Origin: Euryarchaeota archaeon ADurb.BinA087
GTDB lineage: Archaea > Halobacteriota > Methanomicrobia > Methanomicrobiales > Methanospirillaceae
Reading direction: 5' to 3'
Length of the DNA: 24,000 bases
NCBI GenBank assembly: GCA_002068435.1
Contig: MVZQ01000007.1
Location: forward strand, 11,958 to 35,957
Shown: one piece after another, positions 22,343 to 24,000 of the stretch
Position numbering within the stretch: position 1 is the stretch's first letter
Layout: the number at the start of each line of letters is the position of its first letter
Translations under genes and position numbers: made by a program
Notes under the pieces: generated by a model
Told to the model about the DNA's origin: nothing
What the model saw: the letters and a program-made list of their open reading frames with translations, nothing else
Database searches by the model: none

Positions 22343-22537
22343 ATGCAGGTTATCCTCCCGGACAAAACACTCGTCACACGGCCGGGTGATCCCGTCCCCA
22401 TCGCAGCGATCCTCACGGACCTCGGCATCCTTCCCGCAAGTGTCATCGTCCTCAAGAATGGGATGCTGGTACCCGAAGATGTCACGGCCTCAGGAGACGA
22501 CGAGGTCCGGATCATCCGCATTGCCCATGGGGGGTAA
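22343..22537 (+). CDS. ThiS/MoaD-family ubiquitin-like beta-grasp protein ending in Gly-Gly (SAMP/TtuB-like sulfur carrier candidate)
   Basis: The 64-aa MQVILPDKTLVTRPGDPVPIAAILTDLGILPASVIVLKNGMLVPEDVTASGDDEVRIIRIAHGG-stop has the size, hydrophobic pattern and C-terminal GG typical of ThiS/MoaD/SAMP. The TATA-like gatatatg at 22305-22312 is ~35 nt upstream. Confidence 0.75.
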   Translation: MQVILPDKTLVTRPGDPVPIAAILTDLGILPASVIVLKNGMLVPEDVTASGDDEVRIIRIAHGG

Positions 22538-23503
22538 ATCCTGACTACTTCTGGGGAAAGAACTGTTGCAGCCGATCGATGCTCTTTTTGCAATGAGCCT
22601 GCGGTCATCCTGGGAAGAGACCGCACGGAACGGCTCTGTGCCGGTCATCTGATCTCCTCTCTTGAGGGGCGGGTCAGGGAGCATATCTGGGAGCACTCCC
22701 TCGTCGCCCCTGGGGACCATATCGCGGTCGCTCTCAGCGGCGGGAAGGATAGTACCGCACTCCTCCTTCTTCTTGCAACGATCCTTCCGGATTTGCCCGA
22801 TGTCTCGCTCACGGCCATTACCATCGACGAAGGAATCGCAGGCTACCGCGAGGAGACGGTCGACTCGGCGGTCCGCCTCACCAGGCACCTGGGTGTCAGG
22901 CACCATATCATCTCATTCCCTGATCTCTTTGGAGCGGATCTTGATACCATCCTCCGGAAGAAGGGGAGCGTTGAGCGGGCCTGCACGGTCTGTGGAGTCC
23001 TGCGGCGAAAAGCCCTTGCAGAAGGAGCCCGGCGGGTTGGAGGGACAAAGATCGCCACCGGGCATAACCTCGATGACGAGGCCCAGTCGGTCCTGATGAA
23101 TCTCCTCCGGGGCGACCTGGTCCGGCTGATACAGGACAGCTCATCTGGAGAACCGGCCTGTTTCCTGCCGAGGATCAAGCCCCTGGCAGTGATCCCTGAA
23201 AAAGAGGTTGTGACCTTCCTGTTTGTCCAGGGGCATTTTACCGAGCTCCCCGAATGCCCGTACGCCGGTACAGCCCTCCGGTCCGAGATCCGGACGATGC
23301 TCGGCGACCTTGAATTCCGCCACCCCGGGATCCGCGAGTCACTGATGAAATGGCAGGAGATGATCAGGGCCCGGGCAATTCCGCGATCCATCCCCGGAGA
23401 TCTCACCCGCTGCACCCGGTGCGGGTCGCTCTGCAACAGCGAGCTATGCCAGGCGTGCAGGATCCTGGAATCACTCGGGATCGAATATTACCGCGACCGG
23501 TGA
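22538..23503 (+). CDS. ttuA: TtuA/NcsA (Ncs6/Ctu1)-family PP-loop tRNA 2-thiolation enzyme; start codon unresolved
   Basis: The same frame is open from the codon after the upstream TAA. It contains an N-terminal Zn finger (CSFCNEPAV...LCAGH), the PP-loop SGGKDS (22736-22753), Fe-S/catalytic Cys residues (CTVCGVLRR, PECPYA), GHNLDDEAQSVLMNLLRG, and a C-terminal CTRCGSLCNSELCQAC finger. The TTG at 22793 used by the ORF track is internal. There is no in-frame ATG, GTG or TTG between 22538 and 22792. Confidence 0.85.
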   Translation: MLTTSGERTVAADRCSFCNEPAVILGRDRTERLCAGHLISSLEGRVREHIWEHSLVAPGDHIAVALSGGKDSTALLLLLATILPDLPDVSLTAITIDEGIAGYREETVDSAVRLTRHLGVRHHIISFPDLFGADLDTILRKKGSVERACTVCGVLRRKALAEGARRVGGTKIATGHNLDDEAQSVLMNLLRGDLVRLIQDSSSGEPACFLPRIKPLAVIPEKEVVTFLFVQGHFTELPECPYAGTALRSEIRTMLGDLEFRHPGIRESLMKWQEMIRARAIPRSIPGDLTRCTRCGSLCNSELCQACRILESLGIEYYRDR

Positions 23504-23754
23504 TGGTAACAGCGAAGAAGAGTGCATAATGCTTTCCCAATTGTTCCCATGAATCACCTCAAACGAGATCGGCCCCCCTTACAACGGCAGGTGCGGGGCT
23601 CGGATTTCGAATGGTTCGGGATCGACCGATTCTCCGCCCTGCGGTGGGGCAATGGAAAGGGAGGCGTCTTTGTCAGCGTTCCGCCCTCTCCTGCATCACA
23701 CCTGATGCGGGAGATCCCCCTCACTTACCAGGCCTGTAGTACCAGGTGCACAAA

Positions 23755-24000
23755 TTAAGCGGAGCCTGTCGACCCCTGCTGCCTGGTTACCTTGACCCGT
23801 TTCGTATGGGTATAGACGTTCATTTTCGATCCCCGCACAAATCCGACGATGGTCAGCCCGTTCTTCACGGCAACCTCCAGCGCGAGGGTGGTGGTTGCAC
23901 CCCAAGAGGCGATGATCGGGATGTTGGCAATGAGGCATTTTCGTGCCATCTCTGACGAGACCCGGCCGGAGACGAGGATGAAGGTCCGGGAAAAATCAAT
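23755..24000 (-). CDS. fdhD: FdhD formate dehydrogenase accessory sulfurtransferase, C-terminal part (5' end beyond the window)
   Basis: The frame is open to the window edge and reads IDFSRTFILVSGRVSSEMARKCLIANIPIIASWGATTTLALEVAVKNGLTIVGFVRGSKMNVYTHTKRV, matching the conserved FdhD C-terminus (SGR.S.EM..K...AGIP...S.SAPT.LA...A...G.TL.GF.R....N.YTH..R). Confidence 0.85.
   Translation of the reverse strand: MDFSRTFILVSGRVSSEMARKCLIANIPIIASWGATTTLALEVAVKNGLTIVGFVRGSKMNVYTHTKRVKVTRQQGSTGSA

Noticed and set aside
22793-22795. TTG start used by the ORF track for the thiolase gene
   Set aside because: It is internal. The Zn-finger and the PP-loop SGGKDS motif lie upstream in the same open frame.
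23504-23754. 78-aa ORF 23522-23758 (plus) and a T-loop-like ttcgaa motif in the convergent ttuA/fdhD spacer
   Set aside because: The ORF has a GTG start, no Shine-Dalgarno-like element, an odd composition, and runs into the fdhD 3' end. The ttcgaa segment lacks complementary T-stem flanks and no acceptor or anticodon arms could be drawn, so it is not a tRNA.

Overview
This 24-kb window reads as chromosomal DNA from a moderately GC-rich methanogenic euryarchaeon, probably Methanomicrobiales-like. That assignment is an inference from an HMf-type archaeal histone, hgcAB, fdhD, TATA-like promoters and oligo-T terminators; no database search was possible. I can support about 25 protein genes and saw no rRNA, tRNA or CRISPR array. 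The left half looks like an accessory cell-envelope region. It holds two large surface proteins built from tandem ~100-aa beta-rich domains (one NHL-linked, one PKD-linked), a Cache-domain lipoprotein, and three paralogous ~230-aa secreted proteins of an unrecognised family, duplicated together with their 5' leaders and 3' flanks. It also holds a SABATH-like methyltransferase, a cupin, the histone and a ~0.9-kb ORF-free stretch. The right half holds an SRPBCC protein, a TMEM175-type K+ channel, an iron-sulfur flavoprotein, and a tightly coupled minus-strand operon abrB-like -> hgcA -> hgcB (mercury methylation pair). The most unusual observation is in hgcB: a 213-nt in-frame 30/60-nt tandem array adds ~68 aa and four extra vicinal Cys-Cys pairs after the canonical C-terminal CC. 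The same SCCSG-coding 14-mer sits at the putative 5' end of hgcA, and the co-transcribed AbrB-like protein has two CC pairs. Four other items stand out. (1) A ~67-bp hairpin-bearing repeat (three intact copies plus one decayed) lies directly behind two unrelated genes and contains an intact 19-codon micro-ORF. (2) A ThiS/SAMP-like GG-terminal protein is in the same frame as a TtuA/NcsA-type tRNA thiolase ORF, separated by a single TAA, and that ORF has no canonical start codon ahead of its essential motifs. (3) A secreted DUF2202 ferritin-like protein sits next to a Gln-rich protein with repeated LQDGSCGNC motifs. (4) A double winged-helix regulator carries a signal/anchor sequence and a ~330-aa low-complexity region.
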